NCBI GenBank assembly: GCA_017939155.1
Contig: JAGAZZ010000006.1
Location: 7,564-71,563 of the forward strand
Length of the DNA stretch: 64,000 nt
From: Alphaproteobacteria bacterium
Lineage (GTDB): Bacteria; Pseudomonadota; Alphaproteobacteria; RF32; CAG-239
Reading direction: 5' to 3'
Shown here: piece after piece, positions 15,819 to 27,456 of the stretch
How the letters are laid out: the number at the start of each line of letters is the position of its first letter
Numbering within the stretch: position 1 is the stretch's first letter
Program-made: the position numbers and the translations under genes
Notes under the pieces: generated by a model
What the model was told of the DNA's origin: nothing
What the model saw: only the letters and a program-made list of their open reading frames with translations
Databases searched by the model: none

Positions 15819-17210
15819 TTACCCCTTTAAGATTTCCCACTCGGCAAGCTTATGCCTATACATCTCCGCATTTTCGCCTTTCAACCCCTGAAACTTGCGC
15901 GCAATGACATATTGCGGTAAGAGCTTTTTAATCTCATTAACATCACGTCCCCACATCTCCGGTTTAAGGCGGATTTTTTTGCCCTGACCGGCAGAAACTT
16001 TTGTTGTCACCTCTCCGGTTTCAGCGTCTTCAAACTCGTTTAACGTCAAAGCATAGTTTTCTAACCCGCCGGGAATCAGAAATTCTATCGTTTCACCGGA
16101 GGCTATATAATTTCTAAGCTCAAAAATCGCGTCGTCGCCCTGCCATTCGACAATCGAACCGGCAAACAGCCACTCGCCGAGCGTGCGCGTATATTCATAG
16201 TTTTGGCTGATATTTGTTAGTTTACCATCGTGAAAGCCCAAGCAATATCCTCTGTTTTGCAACCCCATCAAATCCGGCATATATTTATGATAATCCCAAT
16301 GCTCAGGGTCGGCATAATAATCATCAATCGCCTGACGATAAGCGCGCGCCACCGTTCCGGCGTAATATTCGGTTTTGTTGCGCCCCTCGACTTTAAGTGA
16401 GTTCATCCCGATTCGGAGCAAATCATTCAACCTAGGCATTAAACACATATCCTTGGAGTTCAAAAGATAGCTGCCATGTTCGTCTTCCACCACTTCATAA
16501 AGTTCACCGGGGCGAAAATCCTCTTCCAAAAGATACTCAAAATTATCTTTGTTTTCATCGTTAATCACCAGTTCGCGCACCGTACCGTCTTTAAGTTTGA
16601 TATGCAATTTATAGTGCCAACGGCAACAATGCGCGCATTTGCCTTTATTAGCGCTCCTGTCTGCCATAAAGTTAGAAATCAGACACCGTCCGGAATAAGA
16701 CATACACATTGCCCCGTGCATAAAACACTCCAACTCAACATCCGGACATTGTTTGCGGATTTCCTCCATCTCGGCAAAAGTTACCTCTCGCCCCAAAACA
16801 CAAAGCTTCGCCCCCATCGACTGCCAAAATTTCACCGTCTGCGCCGAGCAGATATTCGCTTGCGTAGAAACAAAACGGTTTAATTCCGGCGCGTGTTCTT
16901 TAAGATAATAAAACACCCCCGGGTCTGCCATCAGCACACCGTCCGGTTTAAGCCGGCGCAAAGTGTCCACAAATTGCGGCAATTTAGCGGCTTCTTCATT
17001 ATGAATATAGAGATTTAAAGTCAGATAAATCTTTTTGCCCTGTTCATGCACAATCCGGATTCCTTCCTCCAACTCTTCTAAAGAAAACTTGGATTGTGTT
17101 CTCAAGCTCATATCCGGCGTTCCGGCATACACGGCGTCCGCCCCATAAAGAAGAGCTGTTTTCAGTTTAACCAGAGAGCCTGCCGGCAATAAAAGTTCTG
17201 ACTTATGCAT
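15819..17210 (-). CDS. Peptidase U32 family protein (YegQ/TrhP-like)
   Basis: 463 aa. The N-terminus ELLLPAGSL..LK.A...GADAVY.G and the Cys-rich central motif are typical of the U32 family. Confidence 0.88.
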   Translation of the reverse strand: MHKSELLLPAGSLVKLKTALLYGADAVYAGTPDMSLRTQSKFSLEELEEGIRIVHEQGKKIYLTLNLYIHNEEAAKLPQFVDTLRRLKPDGVLMADPGVFYYLKEHAPELNRFVSTQANICSAQTVKFWQSMGAKLCVLGREVTFAEMEEIRKQCPDVELECFMHGAMCMSYSGRCLISNFMADRSANKGKCAHCCRWHYKLHIKLKDGTVRELVINDENKDNFEYLLEEDFRPGELYEVVEDEHGSYLLNSKDMCLMPRLNDLLRIGMNSLKVEGRNKTEYYAGTVARAYRQAIDDYYADPEHWDYHKYMPDLMGLQNRGYCLGFHDGKLTNISQNYEYTRTLGEWLFAGSIVEWQGDDAIFELRNYIASGETIEFLIPGGLENYALTLNEFEDAETGEVTTKVSAGQGKKIRLKPEMWGRDVNEIKKLLPQYVIARKFQGLKGENAEMYRHKLAEWEILKG

Positions 17211-17222
17211 AATTTCTGTTCC

Positions 17223-17999
17223 TTATTTAGTTTTCAAAGTCCTTGGCAATACTTTTAACGCCCCTAATGGCGTTGAGTCAATCCCTATTTCAAGAATAAA
17301 GGGCATTTTAGACTTTTTCTCCGTCCCCACCCAAAAGTTAATCGGCTTATCCGCGCTCACATCCCATAAAATATTGTCATTGTTTTCTTTTAAGTTTTCA
17401 ATATAAACCTGACATTTTCGCGCCCGTTCTTCCTTGCCGGTAAAATCAAAATAACGCTTATATGTCCCCTTATCAGCCACAATAACGTTATAATGCTTCT
17501 TACCGTCATAAACCTCGCGTTTAAGCGCACACCCGCCCGTCTTCTTAAAATTAATCAGCAACTCGGCAAAAACAGACTGCAAATCCGCCGCATCCGCTGT
17601 CTCCGGCACATCATCGATTCGCACCGTATTTTGCTTTTTATCCTTAAATGATACGCGTTTATAGGGTTTACCTGATTTGTCATAAAAAATCGTCTTACCC
17701 CGAATATGGCTTCTTGTCTTGCTCTGCGTTTCATAAATTTCAGGCTTAACTCCTTTTGTTAAAATCTGTCCCTTGCTTTTATAACTTCCCTCAAAAGGAT
17801 AAAGCGTATCAAACAAATTTTGTGTTAAAACCTTGGATGTAATATCAAATACCCCGTTTGCTTCCGTATACGCCAAGCTCACTTTAGCCGCGTCAAACAC
17901 CCCGACCGAAACATCCATCTCCTGTTTTAATTCCGCCGCCGTCACGATTTGAGCTGACATCAGCGCCATTCCCGCAAACAAAAATATTTTTTTAAACAA
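17223..17999 (-). CDS. Secreted hypothetical protein (possibly DUF3108-like)
   Basis: TTG start and a signal peptide MFKKIFLFAGMALMSAQIVTA. The product is predicted to be beta-rich. The family call is tentative. Confidence 0.5.
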   Translation of the reverse strand: MFKKIFLFAGMALMSAQIVTAAELKQEMDVSVGVFDAAKVSLAYTEANGVFDITSKVLTQNLFDTLYPFEGSYKSKGQILTKGVKPEIYETQSKTRSHIRGKTIFYDKSGKPYKRVSFKDKKQNTVRIDDVPETADAADLQSVFAELLINFKKTGGCALKREVYDGKKHYNVIVADKGTYKRYFDFTGKEERARKCQVYIENLKENNDNILWDVSADKPINFWVGTEKKSKMPFILEIGIDSTPLGALKVLPRTLKTK

Positions 18000-18073
18000 G
18001 TCCTTTAACCTTTCTTAATTTTTTTCTTTTAAAATCATACCTATAACAAGAATAAAAGATAAGGAGTTAAATA

Positions 18074-18988
18074 ATGACTAAAAAAGTAATGGTTTTAATG
18101 GGCGGTTTTTCCTCTGAACGCGAAGTCAGCTTAAACAGCGGCAAAGCAGTAGCCGCAGCCTTAAAGCAAAAAGGTTATGACGTTATTGAGCACGACTTGA
18201 CCGACAGCCGCAAATTAATAGAGGTTCTAAACAAAGAAAAACCTGACGTCGTATTTAACGCGCTTCACGGCAACTGGGGCGAAGACGGCACGATTCCCGC
18301 CCTTTTAGACCTGTTGCAAATTCCTTATACGCATTCAGGATTAACAGCTTCCTGTGTCGGAATGAATAAATATTTAACCAAACTCATTGCCGAAAAAGCA
18401 AATATTAAAACCGCCTTCGGTCGCAAGATGACCGCACGCGAATTTATCACCATCGGCGCCACCGTTGCCCGTCCGTTTGTTGTCAAACCGGTGTCTGATG
18501 GTTCGTCGGTCGGCGTTTTCATTGTTGAAAAGCCTGAGGATATTTTCAAAATCCGTTATGATGACCCCACCACTGAGCTGATTGTTGAAAAATACATCCC
18601 CGGACAAGAGTTAACGGTTATGTGCTATCAGGGCAAAGCCCACGTTGTCACCGAGATGAAAGCCAAAGAGGGCTTTTATGACTATCAAAATAAATACACC
18701 TCCGGCAAAACCATGCACATTATTCCGGCAAACATCCCTGATGATGTGGCAAAACTCTGCCTTTCTTACGCTGAAACGATACATAACAAACTAGGTTGCA
18801 AAACCGTTTCCCGCTCAGATTTTCGTTATAATCCCGAAGACGGTGTCGTCTTTTTGGAAATCAACACCCACCCCGGTATGACTGACCTCTCTTTGGTGCC
18901 CGAACAAGCCAAATATATCGGCGTCAGCTATGAAGACCTTTGCGCCTCTTTAGTGGAAGAAGCCCAATGCAGACCGCTCAGCAAATAA
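18074..18988 (+). CDS. ddl: D-alanine--D-alanine ligase
   Basis: GG.S.EREVSL.SG and ATP-grasp motifs, and a C-terminal EINT.PGMT motif. 304 aa. Confidence 0.93.
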   Translation: MTKKVMVLMGGFSSEREVSLNSGKAVAAALKQKGYDVIEHDLTDSRKLIEVLNKEKPDVVFNALHGNWGEDGTIPALLDLLQIPYTHSGLTASCVGMNKYLTKLIAEKANIKTAFGRKMTAREFITIGATVARPFVVKPVSDGSSVGVFIVEKPEDIFKIRYDDPTTELIVEKYIPGQELTVMCYQGKAHVVTEMKAKEGFYDYQNKYTSGKTMHIIPANIPDDVAKLCLSYAETIHNKLGCKTVSRSDFRYNPEDGVVFLEINTHPGMTDLSLVPEQAKYIGVSYEDLCASLVEEAQCRPLSK

Positions 18989-19911
18989 TCATCATCGCCG
19001 GTCCCACCGCTTCCGGCAAATCAAACCTTGCCCTAGCCTTGGCCAAAGAGTTAAACGGTGTCATCATTAACGCCGATTCGATGCAGGTTTATAAAGATAT
19101 TCCAATCCTATCTGCCGCGCCAACCGAAGAAGAAATGACCCACGCGCCGCACAAGCTCTACGGCATTTATGACGCTTCTTATCGCGGCAATGTGGTCGAA
19201 TGGCTCACACTCTGCAAACAAGAAATTGCCCTTGCAAGAGAGCAAAACAAAACGCCCATTGTCATCGGCGGCACCGGATTATATATTGAGGCTCTGATAA
19301 ACGGCGCTTCGCCCATTCCCGAAACGCCCGAAGAAATCAGAGAAAAAATCGCACAAATTCTTTTAGAAAAAGGGCTTGATTATCTTTATGAAGAACTAAC
19401 AAAAGTCGACCCTGAAACTGCCGCGCGTCTGCCTGCCGGCGATACCACCCGCATAAGACGTGCTATGGAGGTCTACGAACACACCAAAAAGCCGCTGTCA
19501 TACTGGCACACAATTCCGTTGACATCGGAATTTGCCTCAACCGATTTTTTAACCGTCTATGTCGCCCCGCCACGAGAGCTTTTAGACATTCGTCTTCGTA
19601 CCCGTTTTGATAAAATGATGAAAAACGGAGCACTTGAAGAAGCCGAACGTTTAATTGCCCGTAATCTCCCCGACACTCTTCCCGCCATGCGCGCCTTGGG
19701 TGTTCCGGAATTAAAGGCTTTCATAAACGGGCAATGCCAGCTTAACACCGCCATAGAACAGGCTAAACTGCGCACCCGCCAGTACGCCAAACGCCAATCC
19801 ACTTGGTTTAACAACCGCTTTGACGCTGATTTTAAATATAACGCTTGTTTTGATGAGGATAAAAATTTTGTTGATGATATAAAAAAAGCTTATAAAACGC
19901 TTGCAAAATAA
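18967..19911 (+). CDS. miaA: tRNA dimethylallyltransferase
   Basis: The ATG at 18967 gives MQTAQQIIIIAGPTASGKS (P-loop), followed by DSMQVYKDIPILSA. It overlaps the ddl end. Confidence 0.93.
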   Translation: MQTAQQIIIIAGPTASGKSNLALALAKELNGVIINADSMQVYKDIPILSAAPTEEEMTHAPHKLYGIYDASYRGNVVEWLTLCKQEIALAREQNKTPIVIGGTGLYIEALINGASPIPETPEEIREKIAQILLEKGLDYLYEELTKVDPETAARLPAGDTTRIRRAMEVYEHTKKPLSYWHTIPLTSEFASTDFLTVYVAPPRELLDIRLRTRFDKMMKNGALEEAERLIARNLPDTLPAMRALGVPELKAFINGQCQLNTAIEQAKLRTRQYAKRQSTWFNNRFDADFKYNACFDEDKNFVDDIKKAYKTLAK

Positions 19912-19926
19912 ACCATTTACGCTTAA

Positions 19927-21000
<1,074 letters not shown>

Positions 21001-21014
21001 ACTAAAGGAAAAAG

Positions 21015-21878
21015 ATGAAACGCCAACGGATTTTATTTATCAAAGAAAATTACGTCCTGCGTATCTTCAAAAATTTTATGATGGCAGGGCTGTTTGCCAT
21101 AGCCCTGCTTCTTATTTTGGTGCATAAAATTGACTTAGGGTTGATTTCAGGCGTTTCCAAAGGTGTGCTTTTCATCACTGCCCCGCTGATTCGTACGGCG
21201 GGTCTTCCGGCAGAAGGCTTAAGCTATGCTTATAAAAAAGCCTCTGAAATAACCAACGTTTACCAAGAAAACGAACGTTTAAGAAAAGAAAATAACGAGC
21301 TTTTTCTCTTAAAAGACCAAATGAGAGCCGTTCAGGCTGAAAACGCTATCTTAAAAAAGCTCTTACATCACTTTGACACCCCGAACGCTCAAACCTACAC
21401 TGCCAGGGTCATCGCTGAAACCGGCTCAGCCGTTGCCAACTCCTTAATTTTATACATCGGAAAAAATGAAGGTAAAATCACTCCCGGCAACGCCGTCGTT
21501 AGCTCGAAAGGTCTTATCGGTCGAATAGATTTAATCAGTGGCAAATACGCCCGTGTCACTTTAATCACTGACATCAACTCCAAAATCCCCGCTGTCGTCA
21601 AAAAAAGCCGTGACCGCGGCATATTAATCGGCACCAACACACAGGAATTAAAACTTATTTTCACCCCGCTCTTAGCTGAGCTTCATAAAGGCGATATTTT
21701 GGTAACTTCCGGCATCGGTGGCGGCTTACCGCCGGATATTCCGGTTGCCGTCATCAAAAAAGCCACCACAGACACCATCACCGCCGTTCCGCTTTATTCC
21801 CCCAAAGAATTGGAAATTGTCAAAATCATCGCTTATGACATCACACCGGACGAACAAACCGCAGAGGAGCTCGAATGA
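21015..21878 (+). CDS. mreC: Rod shape-determining protein MreC
   Basis: It sits directly after mreB. It has an N-terminal TM, a coiled coil (ENERLRKENNEL), and GLIGRI and TSG..G..P.. motifs. Confidence 0.85.
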   Translation: MKRQRILFIKENYVLRIFKNFMMAGLFAIALLLILVHKIDLGLISGVSKGVLFITAPLIRTAGLPAEGLSYAYKKASEITNVYQENERLRKENNELFLLKDQMRAVQAENAILKKLLHHFDTPNAQTYTARVIAETGSAVANSLILYIGKNEGKITPGNAVVSSKGLIGRIDLISGKYARVTLITDINSKIPAVVKKSRDRGILIGTNTQELKLIFTPLLAELHKGDILVTSGIGGGLPPDIPVAVIKKATTDTITAVPLYSPKELEIVKIIAYDITPDEQTAEELE

Positions 21879-22414
21879 AGCGCCTTTTCAAAAACATTCT
21901 TCAAGAATCAGCCGCCCTCCTCGTTCCGCTGGCAAGCATTATGCTCCTTGTCTTAATTTTATCTATTCCGCGAACCGGCGGTTATTGGAATTTTTTACGC
22001 CAAGCCCCGTTTTATGCCGGCATATATTTTTGGCAAAGCCAGCGACCGGACGCTTTTAACATCTTTTCCGCCTTCATCTTAGGCATATTCGCTGATGTCT
22101 TAGGCGGCGCACCGCTCGGCATAAACATTATGTCGTTCTTAATTCTTTACATCATCGCCGTTCGTATCACCGCGCAGTTTAACATCAAACGCTTTTCATA
22201 CTCCTGGCTTTTGTTCTCCGGCGCCACTATCTTGACCTTTATTTTCAAAACTCTGATTGTCAGCGCTTTTTACCGCCGTTTTATCCCTTTAAATTTAATC
22301 ATCTTGGAATCAGCGCTGATTATCGCCGCTTACCCGCTGTTTGCCAGAATTTATATTTGGATAGAAAGGCGTTTGATTCACTTAGAGGTGCGTTATGAAA
22401 AAATCGAACCATAA
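21875..22414 (+). CDS. mreD: Rod shape-determining protein MreD
   Basis: Small polytopic membrane protein lying between mreC and mrdA, with a 4-nt overlap with mreC. Confidence 0.75.
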   Translation: MKRLFKNILQESAALLVPLASIMLLVLILSIPRTGGYWNFLRQAPFYAGIYFWQSQRPDAFNIFSAFILGIFADVLGGAPLGINIMSFLILYIIAVRITAQFNIKRFSYSWLLFSGATILTFIFKTLIVSAFYRRFIPLNLIILESALIIAAYPLFARIYIWIERRLIHLEVRYEKIEP

Positions 22415-24203
22415 GCTGAGGCTCCTCTTAAAACGCTCGCTCGTGATGTTTAGCATAAACATTATTTTGTTGTTTATCTTAGTCGGGCGCCTTTATTTTT
22501 TACAAATCTATCAAGGGGAAAAATACGCTCTTCTGGCAGACAGTAATCGGATGTCAAAACGCCTGTTACCGCCTCCCCGCGGGGTAATCAATGACCGTAA
22601 CGGTGTTGAGCTTGCCGTAAACGCGCAAAACTTTCAAGCTATGCTCATCCCCGAGCAAGCCCGCAAGGTAGACCATCTCTTGTCAGCCATTGCACCGGTT
22701 CTCAAGCTCTCAGAAACCGATATTGCCCGTATCAAAAAAGACATCTCGCGCCATCGCCGCTTTGTTCCGGTCAAAATTAAAGATAACCTAAGCTGGGAAG
22801 AAGTTTCGTTTTTAATGCTTAATAATAACCGCTACCCCGGTTTAATCATTGACGAAGGCTTAATCCGAACATACCCCTATAAGCAATACACCGCCCACCC
22901 TTTGGGCTACGTTGGCTCCGTGTCTGAAGCAGACTTGCAAAAATCAGACGCCCCGCTCTTGCAAGTCCCCGGCTTTAAAATCGGCAAATCCGGCTTTGAA
23001 AAAACTTATGACGAAAGCCTCCGCGGTACCGAGGGCAATTTAACTTACGAGGTCAACGCCTACGGTCGTATTATGCGCGAAATAGAAAAAAAAGACGGCG
23101 AAAAAGGCAAAGACCTTGATTTAACCATAGATATTCGTTTGCAGCAAAAAGCCTACGAAGCTTTTGGCAATGAATCCGGCGCCGCGGTTGTCCTAAACGT
23201 CCACACCGGAGAAATTTTGGCTTTTGTCTCCGTTCCCTCTTTTGACCCGAATTTGTTTGTTGACGGCATCTCAATCAAAAATTGGAATACGCTCCTTTAT
23301 GATGAAAAGACCCCGATGACGGATAAAGCCGTTTCCGGGCAATATTCCCCCGGCTCAACTTTCAAAATCGTTGTCGCACTTGCCGCGCTTGAAGCCGGTG
23401 TGATTAACGAAAAGACCACCTCTTTCTGCTCCGGCAAAATGAAATTAGGCGACCATCTTTTCCACTGCTGGCGTCATAGCGGACACGGCAGACAAACGCT
23501 TATTGACGCCATCAAAAACTCTTGTGACATCTATTTCTATGAAACAGCCCTAAAATTAGGCATTGAAAAAATCGCCGCCATGAGCCGCCGTTTAGGCTTG
23601 GGGCAGATATATGATTTAGGGCTTGAAAACCAAAAACAAGGCGTTATCCCTGATAAACAATGGAAAAAAGAAAAATTAAAACAACCCTGGCAACAAGGCG
23701 AAACCGTCATCGCCGGCATTGGGCAGGGCTATGTGCTCGTCACCCCCTTGCAACTTGTCACTATGCTTGCCCGTGTCGTCAACGGCGGCTATGCCATCAC
23801 CCCGACTTTTATCAAAACTGACACGCAGCCTTCTCCCCCCTCGCTAAACCTCAAACCGGAAAATATCAACCTTGTCAAACAGGGAATGTTTGAAGTTGTC
23901 AACGGTATCGGCGGCACCGCAACTCGCGCCAGATTAAAGTTAAAAGACGTCAAAATGGGGGGCAAAACCGGTACCACCCAAGTCCGCCGTATCAGCTTAA
24001 AAGAGCGCGCCTCAGGCATTAAACGGGACGAAGACCTGCCGTGGAAATATCGCAACCACGCGTGGTTTATGGCCTATGCACCACACGATAATCCCAAATA
24101 CGCCGTCGCAGTCATCGTTGAACACGGGCGCTCCGGCTCGGGCGTTGCCGCCCCCATCGCCTCAAAAATCTTAGAAGAAGCAATCAAACTGGATATCAGG
24201 TAG
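22395..24203 (+). CDS. mrdA: Penicillin-binding protein 2 (elongasome transpeptidase)
   Basis: SxxK (STFK), SxN-region and KTGT motifs, and a PBP dimerisation domain. 602 aa. Confidence 0.92.
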   Translation: MKKSNHKLRLLLKRSLVMFSINIILLFILVGRLYFLQIYQGEKYALLADSNRMSKRLLPPPRGVINDRNGVELAVNAQNFQAMLIPEQARKVDHLLSAIAPVLKLSETDIARIKKDISRHRRFVPVKIKDNLSWEEVSFLMLNNNRYPGLIIDEGLIRTYPYKQYTAHPLGYVGSVSEADLQKSDAPLLQVPGFKIGKSGFEKTYDESLRGTEGNLTYEVNAYGRIMREIEKKDGEKGKDLDLTIDIRLQQKAYEAFGNESGAAVVLNVHTGEILAFVSVPSFDPNLFVDGISIKNWNTLLYDEKTPMTDKAVSGQYSPGSTFKIVVALAALEAGVINEKTTSFCSGKMKLGDHLFHCWRHSGHGRQTLIDAIKNSCDIYFYETALKLGIEKIAAMSRRLGLGQIYDLGLENQKQGVIPDKQWKKEKLKQPWQQGETVIAGIGQGYVLVTPLQLVTMLARVVNGGYAITPTFIKTDTQPSPPSLNLKPENINLVKQGMFEVVNGIGGTATRARLKLKDVKMGGKTGTTQVRRISLKERASGIKRDEDLPWKYRNHAWFMAYAPHDNPKYAVAVIVEHGRSGSGVAAPIASKILEEAIKLDIR

Positions 24204-24211
24204 GACAAACC

Positions 24212-25345
24212 ATGACCATTATCTTAAATCAAAATCAGGAATTAAGCCTAAAAGAACGTTTTTTTCACCTCAATTTCGTTTACATTGCCATTATCATCAC
24301 ACTTGCTTTCATTGGTTGCGCCACGCTGTATTCCGCCGCCGGCGGCAAACTCTCCCCTTGGGCTTTAAATCAGGGCATCCGCTTTGGCATAGGCTTTGCC
24401 GTTATGCTGACAGCCGCCCTTATCCCCCCGGAGTTTTATTATAAAACCGCCACACCGTTTTATATTTTCACGCTCATCTTATTAATCATCGTTGAAGTCG
24501 CCGGACATACCGGAATGGGCGCTCAACGCTGGATAAACTTAGGCTTTTTCAAACTCCAACCCTCAGAACTAATGAAAATAGCCATTGTCCTCGAACTGGC
24601 GCGTTATTTCAGCGTCACCCCGCTTGAAAACATTTTAAGCATCAAAGGTCTTTTCGTCCCCGCGCTTATTGTTGCCGTTCCCGTCGGTTTGATTATGATA
24701 CAGCCCGACCTCGGCACTTCATTGATGATTTTATTTTGCGCGATTGCCCTGTTTTATCTGGCCGGTCTGCAATGGTGGAAATTTGCCCTTGGAATCACCG
24801 CCGTTGTTTCCTCAGCCCCCGTTTTATGGCACTTTTTGCATAATTACCAAAAAAACCGGATTTTGACCTTTCTTGACCCCGAAAGGGACCCGCAAGGCGC
24901 CGGTTATCACATCATTCAAGCCAAAATAGCCTTAGGCTCCGGCGGTTTTTGGGGCAAAGGCTTCCTCTCCGGCACCCAAAGTCACCTCAATTTCTTACCC
25001 GAAAAACACACCGACTTTATTTTCACCATGTTCTCCGAAGAATTCGGAATGTTAGGCGGCACAATCATATTATTCTTAAACCTCATTTTAATCAGCTACG
25101 GCTACTGGTTTGCTTTCAGAATCCATAACTCAAACTACTTTGGCAAAATGGTGATTTTAGGCTTAAACACCAACTATTTTCTCTATGTTTTTATTAATAT
25201 CGCAATGGTTATCGGTCTATTGCCGGTGGTAGGCGTTCCCTTGCCGCTCATCAGCTACGGCGGCACCGTCATCATCTCGGTTATGGCAAGCTTTGGCATT
25301 ATCCTCTCGTTTTATGCTAACCGTGACCGTGAACTAAAAAAATAA
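24212..25345 (+). CDS. rodA: Peptidoglycan glycosyltransferase RodA (SEDS family)
   Basis: About 10 TM segments, with QPSE..K, PE..TDFIF and PLP.ISYGG motifs. Confidence 0.92.
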   Translation: MTIILNQNQELSLKERFFHLNFVYIAIIITLAFIGCATLYSAAGGKLSPWALNQGIRFGIGFAVMLTAALIPPEFYYKTATPFYIFTLILLIIVEVAGHTGMGAQRWINLGFFKLQPSELMKIAIVLELARYFSVTPLENILSIKGLFVPALIVAVPVGLIMIQPDLGTSLMILFCAIALFYLAGLQWWKFALGITAVVSSAPVLWHFLHNYQKNRILTFLDPERDPQGAGYHIIQAKIALGSGGFWGKGFLSGTQSHLNFLPEKHTDFIFTMFSEEFGMLGGTIILFLNLILISYGYWFAFRIHNSNYFGKMVILGLNTNYFLYVFINIAMVIGLLPVVGVPLPLISYGGTVIISVMASFGIILSFYANRDRELKK

Positions 25346-25403
25346 TCTTGACGCTTGAAAATGCAGCAATACATCATATATCCCCTCAAAAAAGGAGGAA
25401 ACA

Positions 25404-25811
25404 ATGCTCAAACGTTACATAACACTTTTAACCTTGCTCATAACCGTCACCGCCTGCGCCACCGCTCAAAATTATGAAAATATGCTAAACCGCGAAATCG
25501 GTCAAAACGCCGACGCGCTGATTAATAAATTCGGCGCACCGACCAGCGTTAAGCGCTTCAAAAACGGCGATGAAATTATCACCTACACCCACATAAACAA
25601 TCAGGTCGTCCCTTCCCCGAATTATTATTTCAACACTGATTTTATGACCGAAGACGAAATGTTTGCCCCGTTCACCTACGGCGGCAACGCCATCCCCGTC
25701 GGCAACTTTATGGGCGAGGTTATCACCGAATATTGTCAAACCAAATTTTACTTAAAAAACAACATCGTCACCTCATGGCAATATAAAGGCAACGCCTGCG
25801 TGGCAATGTAA
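25404..25811 (+). CDS. Hypothetical lipoprotein
   Basis: Lipobox LITVTAC in 135 aa, with a GGAGG SD. Confidence 0.6.
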   Translation: MLKRYITLLTLLITVTACATAQNYENMLNREIGQNADALINKFGAPTSVKRFKNGDEIITYTHINNQVVPSPNYYFNTDFMTEDEMFAPFTYGGNAIPVGNFMGEVITEYCQTKFYLKNNIVTSWQYKGNACVAM

Positions 25812-25813
25812 CA

Positions 25814-25843
25814 TAAAAAAAGAGGGGCATCCCCTCTCTTTTT
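25814..25843. terminator. Bidirectional intrinsic terminator
   Basis: AAAAAAAGAGGGG-cat-CCCCTCTCTTTTT lies between convergent genes. Confidence 0.8.
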
Positions 25844-25864
25844 ATTAATCAGCCCCGCAAAAGC

Positions 25865-26872
25865 TTAAGCATATTGCAACTGTAACTTTTTCTCTTTACG
25901 TTTAAGTGAAATAAGGTTTTTACCCGCATTGCTTTTAACATTGCCCGCTCTCTTTGTAACCTTAAAGCGCTCAGCCATTTTGCTTGCACGCCGCGTTTTT
26001 TCAAAAACAGCTTTTTCCACCCGCGTTTTATTGGCAAAATTTTGCTTCATACTCAACGCCACAGCGTCACGGGCAATTTCTTTGCTGCCCCGTCCTTTGC
26101 CAAGTGTAGGCTCAATTTTGATATTCTGTCCGGCCATAACTCCCGTAAACATCGTCAAGACATCAGGGCTTAAATGCCGCAAAGCCGCCTGTTGCGGTTT
26201 AGCACGCAAATAATTAACCGTCTTTTCTAACACGTCTTTACCCGTAAGCTTCTTGGCATACTTTTTAAGTTCACGCTCCAACGAAACAGCTTTCATCTCA
26301 GCCCCGGCTCTGTCAACATCAGTTCCACCGCGTTCTGCTCTTTTTCTCTCACGGCTTAATTCTTTAACCAAATGCAACAAATATTTTTCCGGCTGATAAT
26401 TTTTATAATCCTGCAAAATAGCTTCTTTATCACTCTCCCGCAAAGCCAGCCATTTTTCCATTTGTGCGGCACTGAGTTTGCCATCTTTAGCCTCATTCAA
26501 CAACTGTTGGCGCAGAGCTTGATTCTTTGCCAAAACCTCTGCGGTTTCCACCGCATAGCCGAGCGCCGCAATACTAAGGCTTATCGCCACAACATCTACA
26601 CACGCCTCAGTTTCTTTAGCGTCTTTTTCAATCTCGTCTTTAACAAATTTTTGCACGTTTTCATTGCCGTTTAAAACCTCTTTCGGCAATCTGTCACCAT
26701 ATTCGTTCTTAATCCACTCCGGCACGGCTTGCCAAATCTCATAATGCGCGCGATGTTTAGAGATAATCGCCGTCAAAACGTCTTCCGGCACATCTTTAGC
26801 CGTTGCCCGCCGGTAATCATCCGGATAGTTGGCATACAAAAAACGCTCAAAATCTTCAGAAACGTTTGCCAT
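25865..26872 (-). CDS. Hypothetical protein (ORFan, charged/coiled-coil rich)
   Basis: The ATG at 26872 (MANVSEDF...) is preceded by GGAGGA. 335 aa with a basic C-terminus. No family was recognised. Confidence 0.6.
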   Translation of the reverse strand: MANVSEDFERFLYANYPDDYRRATAKDVPEDVLTAIISKHRAHYEIWQAVPEWIKNEYGDRLPKEVLNGNENVQKFVKDEIEKDAKETEACVDVVAISLSIAALGYAVETAEVLAKNQALRQQLLNEAKDGKLSAAQMEKWLALRESDKEAILQDYKNYQPEKYLLHLVKELSRERKRAERGGTDVDRAGAEMKAVSLERELKKYAKKLTGKDVLEKTVNYLRAKPQQAALRHLSPDVLTMFTGVMAGQNIKIEPTLGKGRGSKEIARDAVALSMKQNFANKTRVEKAVFEKTRRASKMAERFKVTKRAGNVKSNAGKNLISLKRKEKKLQLQYA

Positions 26873-26999
26873 GGCTAAATCCTCCAAACTTTAATCACTT
26901 TATACTCAAAGTATATCACATCAGATTAAAGCTTGCAACAAAAAAGCACATAAAAAAAATCCCCCGTAAAAGCCAATGCTTTTAATCAGGGGAAAATTC

Positions 27000-27365
27000 T
27001 TACTCTTCTTGACTAAGCTCATCATCAATATGTCGATGACAAACTGTGTTCAAAAAATAAACTGCCTTAAAGACGATGACCACCATCAGTCCGAAAGCAA
27101 GCAAACCGCACAAAGCAGAAAGCAAAGAAAGCCCGAAGCACCCCAAAAGGGACGCAACCACCAAACAGAAGCACATGGCGTGCCATACACTTGTGTTTGT
27201 CAAGCAGTTCTCACTTTTAATTGCCATCACGAGAACAGCTGTTACCACAACAGTTGCAACCGATAATACGGCAATTTCAGCAACACCACCCAAGAAGAGT
27301 GATACCAAATAAAGCACCAAGGCTGCACTTGACAGCGCGATGCGATTGTTCGATGAATTTTTCAT
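27000..27365 (-). CDS. Hypothetical membrane protein
   Basis: 121 aa with 3-4 hydrophobic, Cys-rich segments. Confidence 0.55.
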   Translation of the reverse strand: MKNSSNNRIALSSAALVLYLVSLFLGGVAEIAVLSVATVVVTAVLVMAIKSENCLTNTSVWHAMCFCLVVASLLGCFGLSLLSALCGLLAFGLMVVIVFKAVYFLNTVCHRHIDDELSQEE

Positions 27366-27456
27366 AATAAATTTTTTTTAAATTAAACATAAAAATAATA
27401 AATTCAAATAGAAGAATAACCGATTCGGCGTAAAAAATCAAGCAAAAAACAAAATT